Assembly: GCF_006345805.1 (NCBI RefSeq)
Contig: NC_043017.1
Coordinates: 19,406,001 to 19,470,000 of the forward strand
Length of the DNA stretch: 64,000 nt
Reading direction: 5' to 3'
Origin: Octopus sinensis
Lineage: Eukaryota
In this document: one piece after another, positions 27,829 to 42,863 of the stretch
Position numbering within the stretch: the stretch's first letter is position 1
Layout of the letters: each line of letters begins with the position of its first letter
The notes under the pieces: model-generated
The model's input: only the letters and a program-made list of their open reading frames with translations
Told to the model about the DNA's origin: nothing
The model's database searches: none
Translations under genes and position numbers: made by a program

Positions 27829-29391
27829 TGATGATGATGGTGATGATGATGGTTTCTATAAAAGAAAGGCAAAGTCAACATTGGCAGAATTTGAACTCAG
27901 AATCTAAAAATGGACAAAATACCACTAGGCATTTTCTCCCATGTGCTAACAACTCTGCCAGCTCATTTGCCAAAAAAAAAAATGATGATGATGATGATGA
28001 TGATGGTGATCCTTTCTACTAAAGTCACAAGGCCTGGAATTTTAGGGGAGGCTACTAGTCAATTACATTGACCCCAGTGTTTCACTGGCACTTAATTTAT
28101 CGACTCTAAAAGGATGAAAAGGCAAAGTCGACCTCGACGGAATTTGAACTCAGAACGTAAGGATGGATGAAATGACGCTAAGGATTTTGCCCGGCGTTTT
28201 AACAATTCTGCCAGCTCACCACCTTAAATGATGATAATAATGATAAGAAGAATAATAATGCTAGTAATTATGTGAGTAAATATTGCTTTTAGCTGTCCGG
28301 GAATTAAGGAAAAAGTGACAAAAACAAAACGAAAACAAACTAATCACTGCAGGGTAGATACAATGACGATAGAAGAGTACAAGAAGTTTTATAAGGGTAG
28401 GGGATGTGCCACAACAACGGGAGACAAAAAATAGACAGGACTAAGCTACTAAAGATGCTAGGGATCAATTGCACAAGGATGGTGTTTTGAAAGGGTTCGA
28501 TCTAGCTTTTCAGGTGGGATTTAGGGGGAAAACAATTAGTGAAGGAAACAGACTAAACTACTAATTAAACTAGATGACAAATTGGTAATTAAAAAAAAAA
28601 TAAAGTTTTTTTTTGGGGTTTTAAAAACAATAAACAAAAACAAATGAGCCATTTTGAAAATTTGACATTTGAGAAAATTTTGTTTTTAGATGAAACAAAA
28701 ACAACATTAATAAACAACTGAAATAATTAATTAATCAATCACATATTTACATGTTAATTAAATTATCAGTGATTGTTTTCATATATTACACACATACACA
28801 CACATAATATATGTATAAGTGCAAGCATGGCTGTGAGGTAAAGAAATTCATTTTGAAACCATGTCCTTTTGGGTTCAATCCCACTGCACAGTACCTTGGA
28901 CAGTGTCTTCTTCTAAAGTACTGGGTTGACTGATGCCTATGGGAGTTGGAAACTGTGTGGAAGCCCATTGTGCGTGTGTGTGTGTGTATATATATGTATC
29001 AGACTGGAGCCTGGTGCAGCCACTGGCTCTCCAGACCTCAGTCAAACTGTCCAACCCATGCCAGCATGGAAAAACGGACGTTAATCAATGATGATGATGA
29101 TATACACATCATAAAGAATGGAGAATTATACATCTCCAAAATTCATTTATTACATATATATTTACCAAAAATCAGACTAAGAGAATTTTATTGTTGTTTT
29201 AAAAGAACATTATTCATATTTCTATTCTAAGTTTCAAAAATTTATTGTTCCTCATATTACAAGTCTAACCATATTTAAACATATCTGATAAAAACCCTTA
29301 AGACCCCACCTTTTCCTTACAGGAAACAAGTAATTCTTATCATCATTATTATCATTACTACAAGCACTCTACTATTATCATTATTATTATT

Positions 29392-29426
<35 letters not shown>

Positions 29427-32400
29427 TATTTTATCAGTTTGTTTTGGTTGCCAGTCCCTAGCATCCATTTTTACCCACATTCACAGGCAGAATGGTGTTA
29501 GTTGTTGGAGCTTTTGTTTTTCCAGCTGGATGTCTTTTCCTACCACAAAACCACTCAACCATGAAGTGAAGCTGGGAGTGTCAGCTCGTTCTTCAGCTTT
29601 AATCAGTCCAGGCTGAAGGACAGACAAAGCTGTGTGCCTTCCTCTGAACCAAATGTTTTTGGTAAGTATTCAACTTGACAGTCACTGCATATCACATTAT
29701 CAATCTTTGGACTTGAGCTGGTAGAATCATTAACCAGACAAAAAGCTTAGTGTCATTTCATCAGTGTGTTGTGGAGGGAACTGACACCCCCCACACATAA
29801 GTGTCAGTAGACTGGATGAGTCTTATAAATTGAGGAACTAGTGGACAGAAGAGGTCAAACTGTGTGAGAACATTAGTATCATTATTGATTTGGCCATGGT
29901 TCTTACCATCACTGAAGTTAAGCAACATCGAGCCTAGTTAGTACTTAGATGGGTGACCGCTTGGGAAACCTAGGTGCAGTAAGCATTCCATTTTTAAGGC
30001 GGTGAGCTGGCAGAAACGTTAGCACGCCGGGAGAAATGCCTAGCAGTATTTCGTCTGCCGTTATGTTCTGAGTTCAAATTCCACCAAGGTCGACTTTGCC
30101 TTTCATCCTTTCGGGGTCGATTAAATAAGTACCAGTTACGCACTGGGCTCGATATAATCGACTTAATCCGTTTGTCTGTCCTTGTTTGTCCCCTCTGTGT
30201 TTAGCCCCTTGTGGGTAGTAAAGAAATATATTGATTCTGTATTGGAGTGTTGGATTGTTATTGTGCTTATTGTTATATGGCTATATTCGGTATTGTGATA
30301 TATCGTTATGCACACACATCATATATCATTGCTGATGATATAACACAGTCTTTACATTCTGAGTTCAAATTCCACTGCAGTTGACTTTGCCTTTCATTCT
30401 TTTGGGTCAATAAAATAAGTAGCAGTTGAGAACAGGGGTTGATGTAATTGACCAGGCCCCTCCCCACAAATTTCAGGCATTGTGCCGGTGGCACGTAAAA
30501 AGCACCATCCGATCGTGGCCGTTTGCCAGCCTCGTCTGGCACCTGTGCCGGCGGCACGTAAAAGCACCCACTACACTCACGGAGTGGTTGGCGTTAGGAA
30601 GGGCATCCAGCCGTAGAAACATTGCCAGATCAGACTGGGCCTGGTGCAGCCTTCTGGCTTCCCAGACCCCAGTTGAACCGTCCAACCCATGCTAGCATGG
30701 AAAACAGATGCTAAACGATAATGATGATGATGTGCCTCTAGCAGAATGGTCTACTTTTATTATTGGCTCTTCATGACACTTTTACTGTTTCACATAGTGG
30801 GACCCCAAAAGCACACCAATCAGGAAGCAAACTTCTTAATCACACAACCACACATATTATTTGTCTGTGTGTCTCTATAAATACATATATGTATTTGTCT
30901 TAGGTATCTATATCTATGTATGCATATGTGTATATGTATGTGTAAGTATATATGTAACTATGTTTACACACACACACACACATTTATATATACATATGTG
31001 TGCGTATGCATTTTTTAAATATAAAACCTTTTGATTTGAAGGTATCTTACCACTGATTCCTGGCTATGGACTAAATACAAATTTAGTACACAAGATAACG
31101 AGAAATGGAATTATCATACATTATTATTATTATTACTATTAATAATAATAACAGCAACAACAGGCTGCAGTTAGAAATGTTTTAAAAGATCAAGAATTAC
31201 CTGTAAACCTCCTTTAACAGCTTCTAATAGGTAAGGAACAATGGAATAATTCCATAAATCTGTGAACCATGCTTGGGATCCTGAGATGTCCATTGGACAG
31301 CATAAGAACAACCTGGGGCCTACAAAATAAATATGTTGAAAAATGTTAGATTACAATATGTGTGTGTGTGTGTATATATATACACACACACACACAGGGT
31401 TGGCCAAAGTTTACCTACATGACAGAAAAATCAAAACCATTTAATTCCAAAATTAAAACCAAAAATTATTTTATATGAGACTTCACTAATAAATAGACAA
31501 ATGTTGACAAAAAAACCAGACTGTTACATGCATGCATTTCAGAGTCGTTATTTCCTCTTCAGCAGCAGAGGTCAGAAAGGGTCACAAATGTATACATGTG
31601 TTGTTTATCAGCCAATAACAACAACAAAAAAAAAAGACCCAGTTTATTATGTAATGCATGTGTAGTTTCTTACCAATGGTGACATCTGAAGAACTGTGGG
31701 TCTCTAAGAATTTATTAAGATGCTGCCATACTTTGGGAATCCAATCGATGATTTTGTTTAGGTCATTATTTCGGGTACCCATGTGTACCTCGGCTTCTAC
31801 CAATTTGCGGCGTAGGTAACGACCAAGGAATCCCTTTACTGGTTCCATATGGTTGGCACAAAGAACCCATCTGCAATGTTTAAAAAAAATATATAAATAA
31901 AATGAAATAAAAATAAGTAATAAAAAAAAATATCAAGGAAAACAACAGCAAAAAAAACCAAACATTCAAGGTGGACTTAGGTGAAATTTTTATGTCTTTC
32001 TTTTGGACTGGGGTCTTGCTGGAGCACCACCTAAAATGGCTCGGTTACTCAAACTGATTCCAATTTTTTCAAGTACATATTTTGTCAGTCTCTTTTGTTG
32101 AAGCACCAGCTTACAGGGACATAAACAAACCAACACTGGTTGTGAAGTATTGAGGTGGGAGACAAGGACACACACTTACACATAAATGTATGATAGGCTT
32201 CCACACAGTTTCTGCCATCTAAATTTAACTCAATAGACACTGATTGGCTCAGGACTATAACAGAAGATACTTGCCCAAGTGGCTGTGCCTCTGTGAAGAT
32301 GCGTGGCCTACTGGTTAGGGTGTTGGGTTCATGATCATAAAATCATGGGTTCAATTCCTGAACTGAGTCTTCTTGAAAGCTAAGAATTTTAGTAAAGGTT

Positions 32401-35400
32401 TTGTGCTTGCTTAAATTGTTACTTATTTTCATGGTCTAGCCAGAGAGAAAGGGCATTTTCTATGGGACCTCTCAGGTGCTTTGATAAACCTGGTGGGAGC
32501 AAGGTTATCCTCAGACCAGAACCCTGGTGTGAAGCCAGCAAATAGCGTGGGCTCCACAGCAGGTATCCAAGAACACGTACAAGATCCCTGAGCTGGAAGG
32601 AGGGAGAGAGGACAGCATCAACACTTGGCTGGCACCTAGTTACATCCGAGTAGACTGGTGCTATGTGAGATGAAGTGTCCAGCGCAAGGAGACACAGAAC
32701 ACTGTTTGGTCCAGGAACCAAAACCCATGACATTATGATTGTGAACCCAACACCTTAACCGTTTGGCCAGGCATTTTCGCAACAGATAAAGGAAGTGCTA
32801 AACATTCGTTGGCAGGAAACTCACCTGAAGTTATGGTGTAGTTGCAGGTTGGTGGTTAGTCCAGTAGCTTGGTTCATCGTTCCTATTATGTAAGGGCTGC
32901 AAAGAAATAAAAAGGACAAGAATTTGTAAAAACAACGAGGGAACAGTGGTCAATAATTTGGAAATAATTTATAGTAATTTCGAAGAATTCAGTAAAATAA
33001 CTGTCATTATTGAATTGGTGTTTGGAACACTTTAACTCTTTTGTTACCATATTTCTGTTGAAATATACAGCCTTTGTGCCATTTAATTTTGAAAACAATA
33101 AAGAATTAGTAAAATAACTTTATCATTACTAAGTTGGTGTTTGGAGCATAAATTAACATAAATTTTGATGGAAAGTTTTAAATTAAATCACTTAAACCTT
33201 TTTATTACTGTTTTTGTTAAAATACACCAATTTTGTTTCAATTAATTTTGAAAATAATGTCCTTATTAACATTTTTGTTACCAACCCGGCTGAAACCGGC
33301 TCTGGCTCTTTAGTACAAATGTCTTGTTTTCATAAGTTTTGAATTCAAAATTTCCACCAAACCTTAGTCACAATTTATGTTCCTAACACCAGCTCAATGA
33401 TAACGATGTTATTTTACTAAATTCTTTCTTATATTTAAAGTAATTGAAAGAAACACAGAGCATCTCAAAATAAATACAGTAATGAAAGGGTTAAGTTGGT
33501 GTTTGGGACATAAACCAACATGAAATCTTGATGGGAGGTTTTTAAAGCAGGAAGTTTGTATCATAGAACTAACAGCAGTCTTAGGTGTGTTGATATCAGG
33601 AGAGTTAAGCAGATTGTAAGTTGGCAGGCAAAGAACCAGGCCTGGTTGAAATGTTTGTCATTCAGTGAAATGACAGAGAAGGGTCCACTTAACAAATCCT
33701 ACTTAGTCCTTTAGCTACCATATTTCTGTTGAAATTCACTGCCTTTGTTTAAATTAATTTTGAAAATAATGAAGAATTTACTAGAATAATATTGTCATTA
33801 TTGATCTGCTAATTGGAATATGAATTGGTATCAAATTTTAACAGATTTTATATTTAGATCATTTTAAAGCAAGGTGTCGTAAAAACCCACGTAATTTAAG
33901 CATTTTTTTTTTACAAAAATGAAAACAAACTTTAGGGTGCAGAAATTACACGAGTAGATCATTTCCAGAATATTTTTAGAAATTTTTTCTTTTGTTGAAA
34001 AAAGATGTACAAAATGTAAACATTTGTACTGGAGGTTGACTCATTTAATGTCTGAATAGGTCTTTACAGAAAAAAAATTAAGGGCTTAAATATAACGAAG
34101 TTGATTTTTATTTATGCTGGATGGTATAGTGGTTACCTTTTCTGTATAAATTTACTAAAACCATTAATGCTTATTGGCAATTAAACTTAATTTGCAACAC
34201 TTGTGCGTATTTATCAGCTTTGTTTTTGTTGATAAGAATTATCAACAACTTTTCCTGTGATTGTGATTTGGGAAGACATACAGCAGTATGCTAAAGATTG
34301 GACATAATTTCTTGTGGGCAAGAAATGTAAAATAAAGTTTATTATAAATAACACAAACACTGTAATTTCATAGCTTTCAATGTGATACCTGTTAAACAGA
34401 AATTACTTTTATTTAATGAAAATTTAATAAAATCTAATCATAAGTGAAATTATGCTAAATGCAACTAAATTGAAAACCTTTTTCCCCTGGTCATACTGGC
34501 AATTCTGAAAACTTTTGTGTGTGAATTTAACATGAGTTTTCTTTAACAAATTCTATCCTGAAAATCATGTTTAACCCTTTCGTTACCAACCTGGCTGAAA
34601 CCGGCTCTGGCTTTCTAGTACAAATGTCTGGTTTTCAAAAGTTTTGAATTAAAATCTTTCACCAAACCTTAGTCACAATTTATGTCCCTAACTCTAGCTT
34701 AATGATAACGATGTTATTTTACTTAATTCTTTGTTACATTTAAAATAATTGGAAGAAACACTGAGCATCTCAAAATAAATTCAGTAACGAAAGGGTTAAA
34801 TTACACAGGTGTGCAAATTACATGGGTTTTTACGGTACTCGTATCATTGAACCAAGAACAGTTTTAGGCAGGTTAATATTGAAATGGTTAGAATCCTATC
34901 AAAGAAACTGATATACTCACCACTTTTGGTATTTGACACTCAGAAAGCCATTGAAGACTTCCCCCAAAGAGCCAACATGGTGTAAATTGTCCAATATAAT
35001 AACACTAGGTAGTTCTCCGGCACTCGTACTCTCACACTGCTCTGCAATGTTTGACAGGTACTGGCGAAGTTCTTTTCCAGACTTATGGTCAACGTTAAAT
35101 GTTGCCACTGACCCTGCAGTAAGTTCTCGCCCAGACCTAAAAGAAAAACAAAACACATTAATAAATAATAAAAAAGAAAGAGAAATCAACCAAAACAAGC
35201 CATCCATCCATCTCCTCCTCCTCCTCCTCATATGTCCATGTTCCATACTGTTATGGATTGGATGGTTTGATAAGGGACTGATGAGTTGAAGGACTGCATC
35301 CTGTTCCAGTGACAATTTTGGTTTGATTTCTACAGCTCTTCCTAATGCCATCACTCTACAGAATGTACTGGGTGTTTTATTTTAACGCCACCAATACTAC

Positions 35401-38400
35401 TGAGGTCACCATGTAGCTTACAAGTCTACAAACCCAGGAATGGAGGATGCTGTGTCTGTATATTACATGGCATCTGGTGATACCTCAACAATATATTCAT
35501 CTAACCCATGCTGGCACAGAAAAAAAAACTAGACATAAAACTGAACAATATCAGAAGGAGACACATACTCACACAGACATATATATATCACAATATAGAG
35601 GGTGGACAAAAGTAGATATGCAGTTTTAATAGTTATAATTCAGAATGATTATTTTATTACAGAAAGAATTAAAATTAATTAACCCTTTAGTGTTCAGATT
35701 ATTCTGTCAAATGTGATGTTTGTTTATTTAAAATGGTTTGAATTAATCATGCATTATCTTGTAGTTTAGAGATCTCAGTGATGTAATTTTTTAGGTTTAG
35801 AATGACATTGTAGGGCTGAGGTGAGAGGCGAGATCTGGTCAGTTTCAATATAAAACATGTTAAATATTTTGGCCAGATATGGCTGGTTTGAATGCTAAAG
35901 GGTTAAAGAACATATCAAGTATGTCTACCCGCTGGAAATAACAGTAAAAACTTTTCAGCTAGACATACTTAGTATGTCCTTTGATTAATTTTAATCCTTC
36001 AGCTATTTAATGCTTTTTTGGGGGCCTGCAATCACCTATATTGATGATTCTTTTATTATCATTTTTAAATTGCTACACTAGATAATAATAGAGTCAATGG
36101 TATCTTTGCAAATATTTTCTCATGAACTATTTGCTCCATATTACAGAAAGAACTAGTTAAAAAGAACATAGAATTTCTATCCTAAAACAAGAAATAGAGA
36201 AATGGAAAGAACATTCCACTCATATAAGGCAACTGTTTACCTGCTTTTGCCCACCCCTGTACATAAAAAGCCAATCAGTCTTACCTTAGTACTAAGTGTT
36301 CAGCTAATTTCTGCGCCAGGTAGGTTTTACCTGTTCCACTTGGTCCACACAGTATAATCCTTCGGTGTTCTAAAAGCAGTGAAACGTACCGCTGAATAAT
36401 TGATTTGGGGATTTGGGTTTCAAATGCCAGCGAATCAACACTGTTCTGCTTGGTACCTGAAAGTAAAAGAAAGGACCAGATTTTTAATGCCATAGAAATA
36501 TTTGGACAGTTTGAAATATTTGTAAAAGTTGGAGTTGTGGTTAAGAGTTTTGGTTTCCAACTATGTGGATTTCAGCTTCAATCTCACTGCATGGCACCTA
36601 AGGCATGTATTTTCCACTATAGTTCTGAACTGAGCGGAGACTTATGAGTCGATTTGGTAGATGGAAACTAAAAGAAGCCCATTGTATATTTTATTTACAC
36701 ACACACACACATACATATATACAGGGTGCAATGGATAAATTGTCACCATTTTATATTTTAAATTTTGCAAAGACACATTGTTTTTGATTTTGTTGACTAC
36801 ACAGTATAGTAGGGTCAGTTGGGCACCATCTGTGAGATAAATAGCACCATGATGCAATTCACTCTACTGGAAATGAGATGCTGTACTGCTTGACATTCAT
36901 GTTGGAAGCTCCAATACGAACATTTCAGAGTGTTTGGGTGTCAATCTGAGGACATGTACTGAGAGTGAGAAAAATCAAACATCCAGTCGATATCATGGTG
37001 TTTATGAATATTAGTCCATATATCATATATCACTAGTAACGGCAATGTTACACTGCCATTCATCTTCCCACATGGCCTCAGACTCAACACAGAGGCCTAC
37101 ATCAAGTGCCTGGAGGCGGTAGTGCTGCCAAGGGTCAAGAGGGTGGCTGCTGGAAGACCCTGTGTCTAGCAACAGGACTCTGCACCATGCTACACAAGCA
37201 AAAGAATCTAGTCATGGCTGTCAGACAACTTCTGCAACCACATCACCCCTAACATCTGGCCACCTAATTCCCCAGACTGCAACCCCCTTGATTATTATGT
37301 GTGGGGTACAATTAAGTGAGAGATCAACAAAACTCCTTGTGAGACCAAAGATGAACTGAAGGCAAGGATTATGACAGCATTCACCAACTTAAACAAGGAG
37401 ACCATCCAGAAGAGTTGCAGGAGATTCCAAAGTCGTCTGGAGGTCTTGGTTGATGCCAATAGCGATTTAATTGAATAAATTTACTCTTTAGTATTTTAAA
37501 ATATTTGTATGTAATTTTGGTAAATATATCTGTTAGAATGAAATGTCAGTGTTATTTTCATTTCTGTGTAATTTAGATGACAGTTTATTCACATGTGTAT
37601 ATATTGAGAGATGTATCAAATTTATTTCAAGAAGCTTTACATTTCACCAGACATTTATCACCAAATATCATCACAACGGTGACACCTGGCAATATGGTTC
37701 CATGTGGTAATGGCAGAGACCTCCATGATGGGTTCCTGCACAAATTCCGTTTACCAAATTCTGTTCAGACGGTAACTAGTCGAGCTTCTTAACCACATCC
37801 CCATGTTTGCACTTGTCACAAAATCCCTCAAAATTTACACAAGACGTTTGTTGATAGTTTACCTTTAAGACAAATACCGATTTGCATCGTGTCCCCGACA
37901 AGATAGCCGATAGGTAGCAACTCAGGAACCTCAGCGTCTGAAACAGAAAATAAATACTCATAGAGAACAGACATATAAGAAAAATACAGAGAACCTAATA
38001 ATGGTTCATTAATCAATTAAGGCTGTCCATCTTTCTTTTTTCAATCTATGGAGAAATAGATAAATTGACCCTGTTTATATATCTATTGCACAGATTTTAT
38101 ATCATATATACAGATAAGCACCCACTACACTCACGGAGTGGTTGGCGTTAGGAAGGGCATCCAGCTGTAGAAACATTGCCAGATAAGACTGGAGCCTGGT
38201 GCAGCCTTCTGGCTTCCCAGATCCCCGGTCGAACCGTCCAACCCATGCTAGCATGGAGAACGGACGTTAAACGATGATGATGATGATGATAATATATATA
38301 TATATATATCTCTATATATAATATATATATATATATATTATGTTTCATTTCATGCCTGCTTTTCCCTGCTGGCATGATTTAGACAGGAGTAAATAGGCAT

Positions 38401-39932
38401 TAAAAGGGTTAACAAGAGAGACTGGCTTATAAAAGTCTCATTTTTACAGATCCCCATACCATAAACCTAACCTCCTACACTATTGAAACTTCATCCTAAC
38501 TACCAAACGAAACAATAAATATCACTTTTTGGAAAGACATTAGCAGTCAGATAAGCTCACTGTGTGTTCACGCATGTTTGTGTTAATGAAACACATCATA
38601 CATAAATTATGCTAATGACTAATTTATTTATGCATATATATTCCACTATTTTTACATCAATTTCTCTCTCTCTCTTTTTATTTTTTAACAAGTATCAGCA
38701 AGTTTTTTTTTTTCTTGAAGCAATTGTTTTTACAGCTGGTTGTCTCTTCTTACTGCTAAAGTCATTCAACCATGAAGTAAAGGCTGGAAGAACAAGCAAA
38801 CCTATGTGCTTTTCTCAGGGGCATAACAGTGACTGCATTGTTAAGTATGAACTCACCTGATCTGTAGGCCAGCACCCATCTTAACCCTTTTCACAGCAAC
38901 CTACCTGAGACTGTCTTTGGTTCTTTTACATAAAAAAACTGCTTGTTTTAAGCCAGGCATGGGCCACGATTTTTGAGAAGCAGGCCACAAGACACGATTC
39001 ATTATATCAAGCAAGCTGCACTTCTAAAACAAATTCAAGTTACTTTTTTCTTTAGATGTGTCATCCAGAAAGTCCCGTGGGCCATACTTTGCCCATGGCT
39101 GATCTTAAGTGTTTAGTATGCAAACTTCCTTCTACCTGGCACCACTGGGATCAGAGGGCTGCCAGATAACTGAATTTTCCAGATATCTGATCACCAGTTA
39201 TTAAATTACTGTTGTACCTTACAAAATTCATTAAATTTCCCTATTTTTCAAGCTGTGAGTAAAACTTTTTTTTTTTTTACATATTTAATGATTTTAGTTA
39301 GAGATGAAAAGACGAAGATATCTTCTGAATGGACACTTGCTCTGAAAGCTTGTAACAGAAAGGATAGTACTAAAGGTAGCCAAGAACGAGGAGCGGTGTT
39401 AAACAAGGTGACAACAGAGTGAGCTCTGCTAAAGGTACCCAGGGACCAGGTAGTGGTGTTAAACTGGGAGGCAACAGAGTGGGCTCTACTAAAAGTACTT
39501 AAAGACTAGGGGTCAGAATTAAACGGAGCAACACATTAAATTTAACCATTCCCTGTTTTAGTTTTTAACTAATTGTTCCTTCAAAAAGATTCGTTAGTTT
39601 AGTTATTAAGAATACATTAATTGCAAACAGAGCAGTACGCTTGCTTTTAGACAAGACACATTACTCCACTTGCCCACATAACTGACATACTTGAAATTAT
39701 TATGTAAGTCTGCAAATCTCTACAGTTGAAGTAGACAGCATCTTGCAGTAAATATATATATATACATACACACACACACACAAATGCATGTTTGTATCAG
39801 TGTGTGTGCAAATGGCAATATCTATTTAACAGTCAGTATATCTATCTGTATATAAGTGCATATATATATATGTGTTTATATTTATATACATATTATATAT
39901 ATACATATATATATATACATACATAATATATA

Positions 39933-40010
<78 letters not shown>

Positions 40011-40011
40011 G

Positions 40012-40067
<56 letters not shown>

Positions 40068-40121
40068 TATATAATATATATATATATATATATATACATA
40101 TATATATGTATATATATATAG

Positions 40122-40158
<37 letters not shown>

Positions 40159-40186
40159 ATATATATATATATACATACATATATAG

Positions 40187-40218
<32 letters not shown>

Positions 40219-40320
40219 ATACATACATACATATATATATACACATATATATATACATACATATATACACATATATATATATACATACATATATACATAC
40301 ATACATACATACACACACAC

Positions 40321-40354
<34 letters not shown>

Positions 40355-41677
40355 AAGTTAATGAAGTGTGTAAAATAAGTAAAAAAAAAAAAACCGCAAA
40401 AATAACAAAACCCAAATATTAACAAATGAATAAAAAAAGAAAATAAAAAAGAGGGACAGGATAAAAAAAAAGCAACAAACAAAAACCCCTCTCCCCCAAG
40501 GCTAAAAGAGCAGAGCAGCAGCCTCAGGTTTCTAATCAGTTTAGCTAAAAGCAAATAATCCACATTCTGAAACTCTACTCAATGCTATGTCTGTCTTCGT
40601 TCAGTTACGCAAACACTTTTTTTTTCATGCATTTGCACCACCCCACCCTGGGGCCTTAATCTATTTTTCATCTTATATAATGTGTCCCTTAGGGACTGGG
40701 AAAAACTGCATCGTTTTCTCATCCATTATCACATTATCATAACACAAACATTCAGAAAAGAGAAGAAAAATAATATAAAATGATAACTAAAGAGAGACAA
40801 AAAAAATGTTTATTTTTAGTGTCTGTGAGTTCTCCATGCTTAATTTTACTTAAGATATTCCATTCTTAGAATATGGATCTGTTCTCATGCATGCCGCTGC
40901 ACTGATTGCAAAAGATGATATTTCAGATTATGATATGACAAAAACACACACACACATGAATATTGGCCCTCTTGATAGTTGCTATCATCCACGGCATTTT
41001 TTTTTGGTAACTCCACCACCACCACCACCACCACCACAATCTACGGCAGTCATTGTAATCATCATCATTTAATGTCGATTTTCTATGCTGGCATGGGTTG
41101 GACAGTTTGACTGGAGTTGGCAAAAGTTAGGGAGCTGCACCAGGTTCTACTGTCTTTTGATGTGGTACCAGTATGAGTGCCTTTAACATGGTGCTGGCAT
41201 GGGTGCTTTTAGTGTGGTGCTGGCTCGGGTGCTTTTAGTATGGTACTGGCATGGGTGCTTTTAGTGTGGTACTGGCATGGGTGCTTTTAGTGTGGTACTG
41301 GCATAGGTGCTTTTAGTGTGGTGCTGGCATAAGTTCTTTTAGTGTGGTGTTGGCATGGGTGGTTTTAGTGTGGTACTGGCATAGGTGCTTTTAGTGTGGT
41401 GCTGGCACGGGTGCTTTTAGCGTGGTACTGGCATAGATACTTTTAGTGTGGTGCTAGCATGGGTGCTTTTAGTGTGGTACTGGCATGGGTGCTTTTAGTG
41501 TGGTACTGGCATGGGTGCTTTTAGTGTGGTGCTGGCACGGGTGCTTTTAGTGAGGTACTGGCATCGGTGCTTTTAGTGCGGTACTGGTATGGGTACTTTT
41601 AGTGTGGTATTGGCATGGGTACTTTTAGTGTACCTTGTGAGTGTATTTGGTAGATGGAAACTTGAAAGAAGCCCGTC

Positions 41678-41709
<32 letters not shown>

Positions 41710-42831
41710 ATCTGTATGTCTGTTTATGTCCCCGTAACTTAGAAGTTTGGCAAAAAGAGAGCAATAGAATAAGTACTAGGCTTACAAGGAATAAGTTCTG
41801 GGGTTGATTTGCTTGACTAAAAGGCGGTGCTCCAGCATGGCCACAGTCAAATGACAAACAAATAAAAGAATAATAGAATAAAAGAAGAAAATAGAAAAAC
41901 AAAGAAGGAAAAAAAAACAGTAAAAGAAGGTATGAATTACCTTTGGTACGTATAATTTCACCGATGTGATAAGAAAACACACTTTCAGCACTCAGTCCTA
42001 AATTGGTGATTGGGTCGATTCGTAAAACATACTCCTGTGCAGAAAAAAAAAATGGATCAGTGAGAAAGAAAAGCATAGGGTTCCCTGAAAATAAAACTTA
42101 AAATATAAATGTAAACTAATCTTGAGAAATGCCTTATTTGTAACTTAGGTATCCCTGCATTTTATCTTAAGTACCTTCAAAGGTACTTTATACCCCAGTT
42201 TAAGAGAGCCTTCCCTGATCTGAAAAAATGCTTTATTCATAACCTTGATATATATATGCATATACACCTTTTCCTCGAGTCATGACCTATGCGACTTACG
42301 ACCATAAAAAATAAAAAAATAAATAAATAAATGATTTTCGGACATGGGGCAGCCAGGCATATGATAACAATGGTAGCGTCCGGCAATGCAGGTCTCCCTC
42401 AGACCCAGGCATCCACTTACCTGCCATTGTCTCTCACTCAGTTGTTTTTAAGAATCAGTTGTGTTTGTATGAAAATAGTGTGGAAAAATATAAATCTAAC
42501 ATACAACCACATTGATTTACAACCTGTCAGTCAGAATGGAATTGGGTCCCAAGTCGAGGAGAAGCTGTATATAAATACATGATTAATTCAACAAGGCAAA
42601 AGCAGTGTTTCTTTTTTTTTTCCACAAATCTCATGTACCCCAGCTTGACAGACCCACACTTGATCTCAGTATATATATATATATATGATTAATTTAACAA
42701 GTAGTCTTTTTACCAATGTCATGTATTCTTGTAATTTCTTTTGTGTACCTCTAAGAGTAAACACACCCCAGACTGAGAGACCCCCCACCCCACTACAATG
42801 ATCTTAAAAAATGCTTTATTCATAATGTTGT

Positions 42832-42863
<32 letters not shown>

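Noticed and set aside
34980-35005. Non-canonical Walker B (IILDN instead of hhhhDE)
   Set aside because: A shared feature of the NAV/UNC-53 family, not specific to this locus.
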